From NCBI GenBank assembly GCA_032718475.1, contig JAUCBJ010007749.1, positions 1 through 64,000 of the forward strand: a stretch of DNA of 64,000 bases. The letters are read 5' to 3'. Shown piece after piece: positions 1 to 12,996 of this stretch. The position numbers and the translations under genes were made by a program. The number at the start of each line of letters is the position of its first letter. Within the stretch, counting starts at the first letter, position 1. Origin of the DNA: Nemertoderma westbladi. Lineage: Eukaryota; Animalia; Xenacoelomorpha. The notes under the pieces were generated by a model. The model was not told where the DNA came from, ran no database searches, and worked only from the letters and a program-made list of their open reading frames with translations.

Positions 1-12
1 CTACTACTTACA

Positions 13-2122
13 GATGAGATCAAGTTTGCTTTTGATATCTGTATAAACCTGTTTATCTTTTTTCTGTAACTGATTCTGAATATGAGCCCGCACAGAGTCC
101 CTTGAGTTTGCAGGAACATTATTACCACCATCATCTTTCAGACGACCTTTTGTGTCCATAGTTCTCCAGAAGGATCTATCGTTATTTAGGTTTTTGACGA
201 GGTGGCACTCTGCTAAGTTCGAAACAATTTATTATTCAGTCTCCGAGTAGCTTTCCGTGATGCCTTAATGTCATTCAATAGAGGATCCTGTGGATCAGAC
301 CCATTCCGGAGCCAAAGGTGGAGCAGTTTGGATGTTGTTTTAGAGTAGTCCTTCAACCTTTCATTGCGAATACGTAGATTTCGTGTTCTTTTCTGCATCT
401 TCTTGTGAGGTATATTCTCAATGGCTGAACGGAAAATCGCTATACTGTAGAGACTTCCAGAGTGAAGGAGTCCAGGTCATTTTTTGACCATGAGTCTGAT
501 GGGGGATAACATTCTAAGATTTTAGACATTTTCTGCTAGAAGGCATTATTATACACTAGTATCTGACTAGAGGTAGCTTTCCCCCAGTGAAATCGAGTTA
601 ATTTACGAATATTTAAGCTTTCAGGTACGGTAGCACCACCAGGCAAGTCAAGTTCCATTGTAATTGCAAAATGATCGGAGAAGTTCATTTTATCTGGGGC
701 TGAATTCACTGGATCCTCATAGAGTACCTTACCTGAGAGTTGTACCCGAAGCTGGTTAGTGCCAACAATATGGTCGATGTAAGATGTAGCTCCACTGGTA
801 TCACAGTGGAAGGTAAATTGGGGACCACTGATACATGATTTCGTATCTAGACATGATGCATATATGTTTTCTAAGAGCTCTAAAAGGTTTCTTCCACGTT
901 GAGTAGGCACTGTTCTACAGAATCGTGTGCAATTTGAACTACCAATATCTGCATTAAAATCACCCAGTACGATAGGCACTGCTGATGGATGTGCCACAAT
1001 GGTACCCTCGGGTCTTCCAATAAAATCAGTGTACTCTTCTTGGGGCTTAGAAGCATCAGGAGCATAAACACTAAGCATAATAAGTTGTGACCCCATGAAG
1101 GAGGTTAGGGAACCAACAATGTCATCCTTGGAGCGTACCGGGCAGATATATTTGAACATTTTTGTATCAAGGATAAGAGCTACACCACCAACTCCTCTTT
1201 TCCTATTAGGATTATTCATTTTTTCAGATACAGCAAATAGGCATCTAAAATTGCTGGACGGCCTTTTGTTAAAAACTCCAGCCATCTCCTGGTGATCACG
1301 CCAGTGTTCCTGTAGTGCTAGAATACAATTAGTACGTAGTAGTTCATCAACATAGGCAAGGTTTGTCGCAATTCCATGACAATTAAAGGTTGCACAGTGT
1401 AAACAGTTAGTATCGGTATCTTCTCGGCACACCAAATTCCCTTGACGTCCATAAAAGGGCACCGTTTGTTCCATCTTGTCTGTTGCATCAGTAAAAGCAT
1501 ACTGGCGGTATTCCCATTCTACACATACAAATCATTGTGGCCAGAATCCTGTCGAGGTTAGAGCACTGGCATCATTTGCATTCACCACTAACTGCATGTT
1601 CTTATCCCTATTGTAGAACCTTTTAGAAATTTTTAGCACTTTAATTCCCACCTCGTTACAGTATCCATCAATCAAACCCTCGGCACAGTCAGCCTTCATT
1701 CCAGTGAGATATAAGGTTTTAGTCTGAGCACACGTATCACCTTGATTTAACTGCATTTTATTCTGATTGTATAGTACTGGGTTAACCTTATCACTCTCAC
1801 TACTTGGTCGTTTAAATCTGTGGCCTGATGCCATTGTTGACCCAAAACGATGTGAGATAGGTTTAGAGTCTTCCAAATCATCAGGTGTATGACTAAGGAC
1901 TGTGAACCTATTGTCACAATTTACAGCCGGTCTACTGTTGTGTAGTCTTGTTTGGTGATGTAACTCATCTCTGGGCCTATGTGACTGCCAGGCCATATGA
2001 AAAGGCTTTTCTATATTACCTTCTATAACTCTACTTTGTCTGACCTCCTTATCACCATCAAGAATCTTTAGATCCCCATTGATACCAGGGCGAGATCTAC
2101 CATGACCATGTGAAACTTGCAA
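13..2122 (-). mobile_element. Decayed CR1/L2-group LINE: ORF1 remnant (~1500-2122) and APE endonuclease part of ORF2 (536-1474), with in-frame stops
   Basis: APE motifs in order: TFNCHG, LQEHW, GGVALI, SVYAP, LGDFNAD, YIDHI, SDHFAI. ORF1 ends in an RRM-like segment followed by FWPQ*FVCREW with a premature stop. No RT domain is visible in the window. Confidence 0.8.
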
Positions 2123-4868
2123 AGTTCCTATGGTTCCTAGACGCAGTGTATCATATATGATACGCAGTTCCTAGTCGCAGTGTATCATATATGATACGCA
2201 GTTCCTAGACGCAGTGTATCATATATGATACGCAGTTCCTAGACGCGGTGTATCATATATGATACGCAGTTTCTAGACGCAGTGTATTGTCGCGGTTCCT
2301 AGACGCAGTGTATCATATATGATACGCAGTTCCTAGACGCAGTGTATCATATATGATACGCAGTTTCTAGACGCAGTGTCGCGGTTCCTAGACGCAGTGT
2401 ATCATATATGATACGCGGTTCCTAGACGCAGTGTATCATATATGATACGCAGTTCCTAGACGCGGTGTATCATATATGATACGCGGTTCCTAGACGCAGT
2501 GTATCATATATGATACGCAGTTCCTAGACGCGGTGTATCATATATGATACGCGGTTCCTAGACGCAGTGTATCATATAAGATACGCGGTTCCTAGACGCA
2601 GTGTATCATATATGATACGCGGTTCCAGACGCAGTGTCGCGGTTCCTAGACGCAGTGTAGCATATATGATACGCAGTTCCTAGACGCAGTGTCGCGGTTC
2701 CTAGACGCAGTGTATCATATATGATACACAGTTCCTAGACGCAGTGTATCATATATGATACGCAGTTCCTAGACGCAGTGTCGCGGTTCCTAGACGCAGT
2801 GTCGCGGTTCCTAGACGCAGTGTGGTGTATATGATACGCAGTTCCTAGACGCAGTGTCGCGGTTCCTAGACGCAGTGTATCATATATGATACACAGTTCC
2901 TAGACGCAGTGTATCATATATGATACGCAGTTCCTAGACGCAGTGTCGCGGTTCCTAGACGCAGTGTAGCATATATGATACGCAGTTCCTAGACGCAGTG
3001 TCGCGGTTCCTAGACGCAGTGTATCATATATGATACACAGTTCCTAGACGCTGTGTATCATATATGATACGCAGTTCCTAGACGCAGTGTATCATATATG
3101 ATACGCAGTTCCTAGACGCAGTGTCGCGGTTCCTAGACGCAGTGTAGCATATATGATACGCGGTTCCAGACGCAGTGTCGCGGTTCCTAGACGCAGTGTA
3201 GCATATATGATACGCAGTTCCTAGACGCAGTGTGGTGTATATGATACGCAGTTCCTAGACGCAGTGTCGCGGTTCCTAGACGCAGTGTATCATATATGAT
3301 ACACAGTTCCTAGACGCAGTGTATCATATATGATACGCAGTTCCTAGACGCAGTGTCGCGGTTCCTAGACGCAGTGTAGCATATATGATACGCAGTTCCT
3401 AGACGCAGTGTCGCGGTTCCTAGACGCAGTGTATCATATATGATACACAGTTCCTAGACGCTGTGTATCATATATGATACGCAGTTCCTAGACGCAGTGT
3501 ATCATATATGATACACAGTTCCTAGACGCAGTGTATCATATATGATACGCAGTTCCTAGACGCAGTGTCGCGGTTCCTAGACGCAGTGTGGTGTATATGA
3601 TACGCAGTTCCTAGACGCAGTGTCGCGGTTCCTAGACGCTACTACTAGGATCGGCATGCTGCATTGCAGCTGCATTTTTAAGAATGCTGTGCCGGCTTGT
3701 CAACAAAATTGCACCGCCACAACTCCCTATCACCCATGACATTTGCTAGATCATCCGCATCTTTAAGGCCAGTGTCCTTTAAGATGCGTCTCAAGAAAGT
3801 CATGGGCTGTCCACCATGCTTATTCACTCCATGAGGCTGCCAAAGTACAAGATTGTGCACTGGCTGGTCCTCACGGCGAAAGCAATGTCCTGCAAAGCGG
3901 AGGCGATTTTGTTCTAGTGTCAAGCTTGGGGGAACCAATGAGACACCTCCAATGTTATATAGTGTCTGGTTGGAGATGTGTGCATTGTACTTGACACAAT
4001 GTACCCGGCGTAGCATTCTTGTGAATGTGCCATCCAGAGATTTGGTGTCCTCAGCAGTTAGAGCCCAGCATGGACTCCCGTAGAGGAGTACTGGAACTAC
4101 TGCTGCTCTAAATAATCGGACCTTAAGTTTCCGATTAATTCTAGGTGACTTCCAAATCCTGGAAAGCCTATTCAAGGCTGCCCATGCCTTTCCCTTACGT
4201 ATTCGAAGGTCCTCACCTGACTTCCGGATCCATGATCCCAGGTAACAGAAGTCGTCCACATGCTCAAGCATACCATCCTTTGAGCTTATGCTCATCCGAT
4301 CAGAGACTTGCTGAGGACTTTCAAAGTTAACTGTCAGAATTTTGGTCTTTCTGGAGTTAATAAAAAGACCAACACTAGAAGCAGCATGTTCTAATGAGCT
4401 GAGGAGCCGCTGGGCTCCCTCTAATGATTCTGAGAGTACTCCTAAGTCATCAGCAAAGTCTAGACGCAGTGTATCATATATGATACACAGTTCCTAGACG
4501 CAGTGTATCATATATGATACGCAGTTCCTAGACGCAGTGTCGCGGTTCCTAGACGCAGTGTAGCATATATGATACGCAGTTCCTAGACGCAGTGTCGCGG
4601 TTCCTAGACGCAGTGTATCATATATGATACGCAGTTCCTAGACGCAGTGTATCATATATGATACGCAGTTCCTAGACGCAGTGTATCATATATGATACAC
4701 AGTTCCTAGACGCAGTGTATCATATATGATACACAGTTCCTAGACGCAGTGTATCATATATGATACGCAGTTCCTAGACGCAGTGTATCATATATGATAC
4801 GCAGTTCCTAGACGCAGTGTATCATATATGATACACAGTTCCTAGACGCAGTGTATCATATAAGATAC
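2123..4868. repeat. Minisatellite of mixed 34-bp (GTTCCTAGACGCAGTGTATCATATATGATACGCA) and 21-bp (GTTCCTAGACGCAGTGTCGCG) units, split by an RTE insertion
   Basis: Tandem units are directly visible at 2123-3639 and 4460-4868. The long unit contains the palindrome GTATCATATATGATAC. Confidence 0.97.
3639..4464 (-). mobile_element. 5'-truncated RTE-clade LINE (copy 1) with (TAG)n tail and ~8-bp TSD
   Basis: Encodes DFADDL...FCYLGS...KVRLFRAAVVPVLLYGS...RLRFAGHCFR...DRELWR. Tail reads (CTA)3 on + at 3639-3647. CTAGACGC flanks both sides (3632-3639, 4460-4467). Confidence 0.92.
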
Positions 4869-5965
4869 ATTCATATTATTAACAATTTGATAATATTAAT
4901 TACTATTTTACATGTTTTTGCTGTCACCAGCCTCTTCCTCAGGAATTTTGGCACATAAATAATATTTTTTATATTAACTGTGCATTACATGAACACTGAG
5001 TTTAATCTTACATCGCCGCAAATTTTCAAGTTGTAAGACGCTAGCTATGTAGCTTGTGTATGTATGTCTGTATGTGCTATGGAGCTATGTTACGCTGTCT
5101 ATAAATAATTGGGCAATTATCATCAGAGACTCCAACATGAAACACAAGTGAGTGAGTGGCCAATGGGATGCTTTTATAGCCACATAAAATGGTTTGTATC
5201 ATATAAGTAGATGTGGTAGAGGGTTAATATTTAATCGAAATGATCTGTTAATTTGATTCGATATAACGGTATAACGCCCTGCGTTCCTGGATGGGTATTA
5301 ATTAGCCCCAAGGCACTTCCACTTAGCGTGATGGTTGGTCCAAATCCAAAAATACAATTATTCATTATCTCCCAGAACAGATATTTTATTCCATGTTAAG
5401 GAAAAATATGGTACAAAGCTAATCCTGCAACAACCTTAATAACACTTAAAAAGAACGTCTAGATATTCGAGTCTCCTGAATTAATTGTAACTATTATAAC
5501 AAGAAGTATTCTAGAATTCTGTAAAAGTTCAATTACGGAACGCTGAAGGTGCCCGCCCGGAGACCTTAGTATTCGATTAATAGCTTATTATTAATAAATT
5601 CATCATCAAGTTAGATATTAATTTATATCCAATAAGGGCGGCGTAGCACAGTGTGAAACAGCAAACACTAACCAAACTGTCTACACAATATTATATACCC
5701 GAATAAATGGCCAAAAAACGAACTGCAGGAATAGAAGGAAGTCTGACAACCAGTTCGAGTTACACGGGTCATCTCGACGACTAGCGGCAGTTGGAAGTTG
5801 GGAGGGAGAGAGGGAGGGAGGGGTTGTAAATGTTCCGTTAATCTGTACCAGTTTTTACACTATTGCTAAAAAAATGGCTTCTTATTCATACGATTTAGCA
5901 AATGAGGTAATAAATGCGACTTAATTGCAAAACATGACGTTATAACTCGGCGCCGGTACAACGTG

Positions 5966-7433
5966 TTAGTAACGGGGAGCGTAAAAGTTGGGATCGAAAG
6001 CGGCCGGATTCCGGAAGCCGGCGTTGGCGCTCCGGAAGTACTGCTGGCTGATAAGACTGATGGGGTGGTTGTGGTTCCTAATGGGGCCGGTGTAGATGCG
6101 ATGGGGCGGGGGCACCGAACCCGGGAGGACCTCCCCGACGCGGGTCGACAGGACCGACGACATTCCGCCGCCGCCTTCCGACTCCGCCGACGAGTCGCTG
6201 TCCCAACCGTAGAACCGCTCCGACGGAATGATCCGAGACTTCACCTTGGCGCGCTTGTATCGTTTATTCTCCGGGGCGTCGCTGTCCGTGTCTGAGTAGC
6301 GCGGGGAGCACTGCACCGCGACGGCGGGGCCACGGGACCGGATCCGAGATCGCAGATCCGATGTGTCCGTAACCGAGTCCGTCACCGTCGGAGGAACCCG
6401 CACCCTCCGCTGGTCCTCCAGTATCTGTCTCTGCGTCTCCTCCAACTCCTTCACCGATTGCTCCACAAGTTCCCGCTGTTTTATCGCGCGAATCCGGTCG
6501 AGTAATTCCTCCATCAACCGAACCGATTGCTTCTTCCGCTGCTCCACTCCTCTCTCCCTCTGCATTCTCGCGAACTTCTCCTGCGCTGCCATTTCCGCCT
6601 CCTGCCGCCGTCGTTCCAACAACTTCATCTTCCGTTTCTCTTCCCGCGACTGACGGCGACTTTCCCGCAACAACATCTTCTCTTTCTTCTGCAACTTCTT
6701 TAAATGTTTCTCAGATTTTTTCTTGAGTTTATCGATCCGAACATTGGCCATCTCGTCGTCTCTCTCCAACTGAACCTTCTCGATCTTCGCGAACTCCAAC
6801 TCTTCCAACTTCTTTCTCTCCAACAACCGCTTCCGGATGTTCTTCTCGCTGAGATGCTGCGATTTATCGAAATCAACCTTAATATACGCAGAGAAATACT
6901 TGAGCTCCTCGTCTTTAAACACCAACTTCATGCACTTAAAGTGGTCCATAGCGCGAACGAAACTGATGTACTCCTTGTACTGAATGTAGCAGTCGAAGGT
7001 GACGGAAGTACCCGAACCCAAGTTAGTGAACTTATTGAAACCCATCGCTTTGTTGATATCCTCGCGGTATTCGTCGAGTATCGGGATATCGAGTTCGCGA
7101 ATCTCTCCGAATTGCGCGAACACTTTCCGTATTCGGTCTTCGCGCGGTTTCGCGTTGGCGTCCAGAATCTGGCGGTCCTTGGAGGAGGCGAACCACTTAC
7201 ACGGGACGCTCTGCAGACTTATAGTGTCCGGGCGCTCACCCGCTCGGGCCTCGTTCAGATGCTTCGCGTCTCGGAAGAACGCGTTCCAATCATTCACCGT
7301 CGGGTGCGGAACCTTCGCCTCGGCCGCTTTTATCCGCAGACTGTCGTCGTATCCCGTCACCTTAACAGCCCGCCCGTCCAGAATGCCGATAACCCGGAGG
7401 ATTTGCGATTTGGATTCCAGTTCGGCTTCGAAT
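5966..7433 (-). CDS. AKAP17A: A-kinase anchor protein 17A (XE7 splicing regulator), coding exon 2
   Basis: FEAELE...DWNAFFRDAKHLNE..GERPDTI..PCKWF..FGEIRELDIP..YKEYISF..IKVDFDKSQHLSE matches the AKAP17A family, followed by a coiled coil. Acceptor TTTCATTTTAG ends at 7434; stop TAA at 5966-5968. Confidence 0.93.
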
Positions 7434-7531
7434 CTAAAATGAAACAATATCTTATGAGTTATGAATACAGAAAATATTCTTAATCATTTTAGATATTTAT
7501 TTAAAAAGCAAGTTATTGTTCTGAAACGAGA

Positions 7532-7755
7532 CAGGGGGGAAACTGGACACAAAACCCGCCTTGGCGAATTCATGTTCCGCTTCAAAAGGAGCAGGTTACA
7601 GTGGCACGTTATTTTAACCAAAACAATAAACTAAGCACAATAGAACAGGTTACAGTTTTATTTTGGAGAGTAATCAGCCTTTATTTGCGTCAAATTTCCC
7701 CTGTAGAGGGATGAATTTTTATTGCGTCCAGTTCCCCCCCCCCCCCCCCCCCCCG
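7532..7755. mobile_element. Small MITE-like element with imperfect terminal inverted repeats
   Basis: CAGGGGGGAAACTGGACACAAAA at ~7532 is inverted relative to TTGCGTCAAATTTCCCCTG (~7685-7703) and TTGCGTCCAGTTCCCC (~7722). Confidence 0.45.
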
Positions 7756-8379
7756 CTATCTGTCTGAAACACATAATTTTGTCCTTGAACATTTTAATTA
7801 ATAAACATTTCAGGAAGGAAATATTGTTTTACACACTATTTTTTGAAATTAATGTTGAGACCAAATGCATATAGCGGCCGGTAGTAATATACGGCAATAG
7901 TAAATTAACGACTTTAATCATATTGCTATCATTGAATTATATTGGAAATTAAAATTTAAAAATAATTTTATTCTTAAATTGTTACTTTTTCGCTCAAAAT
8001 TAGACCAAAATCGGGAGAAAAATTTGCACTTTTTTCCCTAGAGAAAAAAAGTAACGCATAGAATTGCATTGATTTTACTTTTTTTTCGGCGAAAAAAGTA
8101 AAACAAAATATTTTTGGTGGAATTTCTTAAATTTTATTAAATGTGTTCAAAGAGCATTGACGTAGAAAAGGTTTGCACGTAATTTGAGCAAAATCCATGC
8201 ACGCACTCAAAAGTTATTGCACATTTAGTGTCTGTGTGGCGTACTCCAAAACAAACGGAACTCAAAATAAATATTCGAGAACACTAAATTATTTAACATT
8301 GAGTGATGCAGCATCATGAGTTGAAGAGTATAGTAATTTGAATTTCAGTAACTATGGAAGCAATATAGAAAAATACTAT

Positions 8380-9450
8380 ACTACTACTACTACTAGGATC
8401 GGCATGCTGCATTGCAGCTGCATTTCTAAGAATGCTGTGCCGGCTTGCCGGCAAAATTGCGCCGCCACAACTCCCTATCACCCATGACATTTGCTAGATC
8501 ATCCGCATTGTCAAGGCCAGTGCCCTTTAAGATGCGTCTCAAGAAAGTCATGGGCTGTCCACCATGCTTAATCACTCCATGAGGCTGCCAAAGCACTGCA
8601 CTGGCTGTTCCTCACGGCGAAAGCAATGTCCTGCAAAGCGGAGGCGATTTTGTTCTAGTGTCAAGCTTGGGGGAACCAATGAGACACCTCCAATATTATA
8701 TAGTGTCTGGTTGAAGATGTGTGTATTGTACTTGACACAATGAAACCGGCGTAGCATTCTTGTGAATGTTCCATCCAAAGATTTGGTGGCCTCAGCAGTT
8801 GCCCAGCATGGACTCCCATAGAGAAGTACTGGAACTACTGCTGCTCTAAATAATCGTACCTTAAGTTTCCGATTAATTCTCGGTGACTTCCAAATCCTGG
8901 AGAGCCTATTCAAGGCTGCCCATGCCTTTCGCTTACGTATTCGACGGTCCTCACTTGACTTCCGGATCCATGATCCCAGGTAACAGAAGTCGCCCACATG
9001 CTCAAGCATACCATCCTTTGAGCTTATGCTCATCCGGTCAGAGTCTTGCTGAGGACTTTCAAAGTTAACTGTCAAAATTTTAGTCTTTTTGGAGTTAATA
9101 AAAAAGAGACCAACACTAGAAGCAGCCTGTTCTAATAAGCTGAGGAGCCGTTGGGATCCCTCTAGTGATTCTGAGAGTACTCCTAAGTCATCGGCAAAGT
9201 CTAGATCAGTTAGGTACTTGGCAGGATTTCCTCGACTTCTGGAGCCAGTAGGTGGAGTTACCATCACCCCATCATCATTATGATGATCTAAGGACATGCG
9301 TAGAACATAGTCAACCTCAATTATGAACATGAACGGCGCAAGTGTGTCTCCTTGGAGGACTCCCCATAATACATCAAATGGTTCTGTGTCACCATCAACA
9401 GTAGACACAAATTTGTCGAACGATCGTATACTGATATTATTGCTGATATG
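8380..9450 (-). mobile_element. 5'-truncated RTE-clade LINE (copy 2, same family as copy 1) inside the AKAP17A intron
   Basis: RT motifs GVLQGDTLAPFMF, LDFADDL and FCYLGS. Near-identical to 3639-4464, with the same 3' UTR and (TAG)n tail, and a frameshift near the 3' end. Confidence 0.92.
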
Positions 9451-10119
9451 ATACTGATATGGTAGGCCTTATTCTGTAATCATAAATATCATAGAAAAAT
9501 TACACTAATTAGGCCTAATTTAATAGGTTACAGGTTTGGTAAACTAAATCAATTTATTGGGAAGGAATACTCCACCTCATTGGCGATGGTCACAGTAGAA
9601 AAGGTCAAATAGAAAATTATTGAGCTAAATGCGTTGAAAGTTTTTGTTGTTGAAATTCAATTAAATCCTTATGTTTTTCTTGTATTTTTTATATTAATCA
9701 ACCCCAGCCATTAATTTTTATATGTGCCCATGAAAAGTGCTATAAAATGTCTATAAATTGCGGGATGTCAATGAAACACTCTTAGACTGTGATCATTGTA
9801 TACAGTATATGCCAATCTAAGTAGGAACAACACCACAAAAATGAGATTATTTGATATTATAGAGTTGGTACAAATTAAACTGATTCAAGGGTTCGATTTT
9901 GATGAATGAACAAACAAAAATGAGATACGATATGGATATGGCTAATGTCTGAATGTTAAATTGTGATATATATATATTCTATTCCAAACTCTGTAAAGTA
10001 AAATCTATAATTTTAGTCAATTTTTAGTTTTAGAAATATTTCTAAACAAGTTTAAAAAATTTAGAAATCACTATATTAATTTATAAATTTCACTAACATA
10101 TTTAGAAAAAAAAACCCTG

Positions 10120-10322
10120 GTTCATTGTACTTGACACAGTGAATCCGGCGCAGCATTCTTGTGAATGTGCCATCCAGAGATTTGGTGTCCTCTGCAGTTA
10201 GCGCCCAGCATAGACTCCCATATAATTATAAGAGTACTGGGATGGTACTACTACTGCTCTACTGCCAAAAATAATCGAACCTTAAGGTTCCGTTTTATTC
10301 TATGGGACTTCCAGATCCTGGA
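10120..10322 (-). mobile_element. Short degenerate fragment of the same RTE family
   Basis: TTGTACTTGACACA...GCATTCTTGTGAATGTGCCATCCAGAGATTTGGTGTCCTC matches ~3985-4052. Confidence 0.85.
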
Positions 10323-12490
10323 CCTGTGTCGGCACTCGTAGGCCTAGAGTTCGAATAAAAAATTCTTCAGCATGAATAGCGAATTTGTTTTGGGTTGCAA
10401 ATGCAACCAATCCCCCCCCCCCCCCCCCCCCCCTCCATTCGCCAGTTTCATTGGACTATACATACACCATGACCCGTAATATAGTGTCATTTTCTGATGA
10501 CACGGATTTTTCTACAAATCTTTATCATAATGCTTGAAAATTGAAACACAACTAGTTAAACTCATCGTGTTGTTACCATGAAGCCGGAATTTTCTATTTC
10601 GCCTTTAAATTTTTTTTATAAGCGTTTTAAAAAAGTGTCTTTTGCGGAATTGCACATCTCCTATCATCGCCATTCTTCAAATTCTTCACTCGCTTTATAG
10701 ATATCATTAAAAAGCTTGCGTTACAAGGATTCCAAATATGTAACAATAACTGAATTTCGTTGAGAAACAGCTGAGATATAGGTGTTCAAAGATTCCAAGA
10801 ATTATTGTTCACTGAAGGCCATTTATTCTATTAAATAAATACACAATATTCTGGAACAATTTGTTATGTATGATTAGCTACGCAGTATAGATATTCTATA
10901 GGCATACCACTGTTGCCAACCAACTCATAAAGTAAATAACACCTTCTAGAATTTTGTGTATTTATTAAATAGAATAAATGGCCTTCAGCGAACAATAATT
11001 ATTGCAATCTTTGAGGGGGCAATCTTTCATATTATTTGAAAGTATACTTATTAACGTAATAGCTGAATAGTAGTAATAATAACAATACTTGATCAGCATA
11101 CATTGCAATTGCACTGAAATATTGCATATAATTACCCAATTAACTAAAACTGCTAATTAACTATTAATAAATTCCATGATTTATTATTATACAAAATGCC
11201 TCAATTCAATTCCTAAAAATATGCACTGTAACATGATAATTGCTTAATAATAATTTGACTTACTAAAAACGTACTAAAAAGATCGATTAATTAAAAATTA
11301 CTTAGGCCAATACTTATAAATTACATAATTAGCTAAAAATCTACAAAATATATTAAAAATTTAATAATTATTAATTAAATTATTAATACTTAGTATAAAA
11401 CGCCCCAACAAATTATCGGTACTGTAAAGTAATTATATTGTAAAAGTTATATTATTTAAAAAGTACCGGTAAGAAATTAATTAAAAATTATAATAATACA
11501 TGTACCAAGTATGGGCCACACAATTCCAACTAAACCTATGGGAACGATGTCAATTTTACTTTCTCGTTCGCGTCATCCCACTTCCATTGCCATCGAGCAA
11601 CGACAACACGTTGGGGGTGTTTCCGGACCGAGACCGTGTCTTATCCATATCCACCACTGAAAGATCGTAAATCGTTCAGGCACTTAAACTGGCATTCTTC
11701 CTCTCCTCCCCCAGTGTCGCCGGTACAATTTATCATCGCCATTTAAAATATTATTTGACTATTACAGTAGTTGATTGCCTACTTACAGTTCAGTAGGTAG
11801 GTCTAACGGTATAGTGCTGTTGTCTGGTACTGGCAGGGCAGTATTGACAGTGGTGAAATTAAGTAAAGTAATTTTCTAAAAATACAGTTTTTTTCACGTG
11901 CTGCGCGAAGGGCACATCATCCTCTACAGACGTAAAATTGACACCAAACAGACAGACATTAAATACAGGACCTGGGGTGTCTGTCTGTAGATTTCCCGGC
12001 AAATTGAAGGAAAATTGAGGAAATGGTGCACATTTTAAAACAGACAAAAATCACCTACCTAACATGATCGTTATGCAAACTGATATGAACCTACTGCCCC
12101 ATTAGGCCCATGCTAATGCCATGCCCATATGGGGGAAATAAATTGGAATAAACTCACCACTTAAGGTTAACATTTTAACGGTGATCAAATTTGTACCCAA
12201 AAGTGGGCACACAAACTTTACAGATTTTTCTACATTTTAAAGATAAAAAGTCTGATGTAATTTTCAATATTGACACCATTAGCATCTAAATCGATTGTAA
12301 TGGTGCACTTGGTTTGTGTTCGATTAATAAATAATGCCTGTAAGAAAATGTTAGTAAATCGTCGCTCGAACTTTCAGGCGACGATTTTGTGGTGCCTCTG
12401 AAAGATTCACAATATAGAGAAATTTAATAATATCATCACCTTATAATATATATATATTAATTCAGTAATTAGCCTAGTCAACAGATTTAG

Positions 12491-12775
12491 TAAAAAACCT
12501 TATTTAATTAATTTTTGACTATCATTTAAAGTAGGCCTATTGTAGATAAAAAATTACAGCAGTTTTAAAAAGTTGGTGCCCACGTTCGGTAATGCCCACA
12601 TTCGGGTGTAGACGGTAAGTACAATTTTTTTTAAAAAACCTTATTTAGGCCTAATTAATTTTTGACTAGGCCTATCATTTAAAGTATTGTAGATAAAAAA
12701 TTCCAGCAGTTTTAAAAAGTTGGTGCCCACGTTCGGTAATGCTGTAATGCCCACATTCGGGTGTAGACGGTAATT
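12491..12775. repeat. Tandem duplication (~130-140 bp, two copies) whose main differences are GGCCTA insertions
   Basis: 12491-12618 aligns to 12632-12773. Confidence 0.9.
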
Positions 12776-12996
12776 AAAATTTTTTTTATATGAAGTTACA
12801 CATACTGACATAGGTCAGAGAGTGCCTGTGTGAAATTAAGACCCAGTATGACAAATCGGTCCAAAAATGGCCACTGGGGAAATGTGTTTGTCACTGTGCC
12901 TCAAATGTGATTGAACCATTACGACTAATGCTGTAATGTGGAGAATGGCAATGATACTGATGGTGCGATTTTGGATTTCGCAAGACACTTTTTTAA

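Noticed and set aside
2123-4868. CRISPR-like appearance of palindromic ~34-bp repeats
   Set aside because: There are no unique spacers and no cas genes, and the context is eukaryotic; these are head-to-tail tandem repeats.
5963-7483. Plus-strand ORFs overlapping AKAP17A exon 2
   Set aside because: They are antisense to a well-supported GC-rich exon and have no recognisable motifs.
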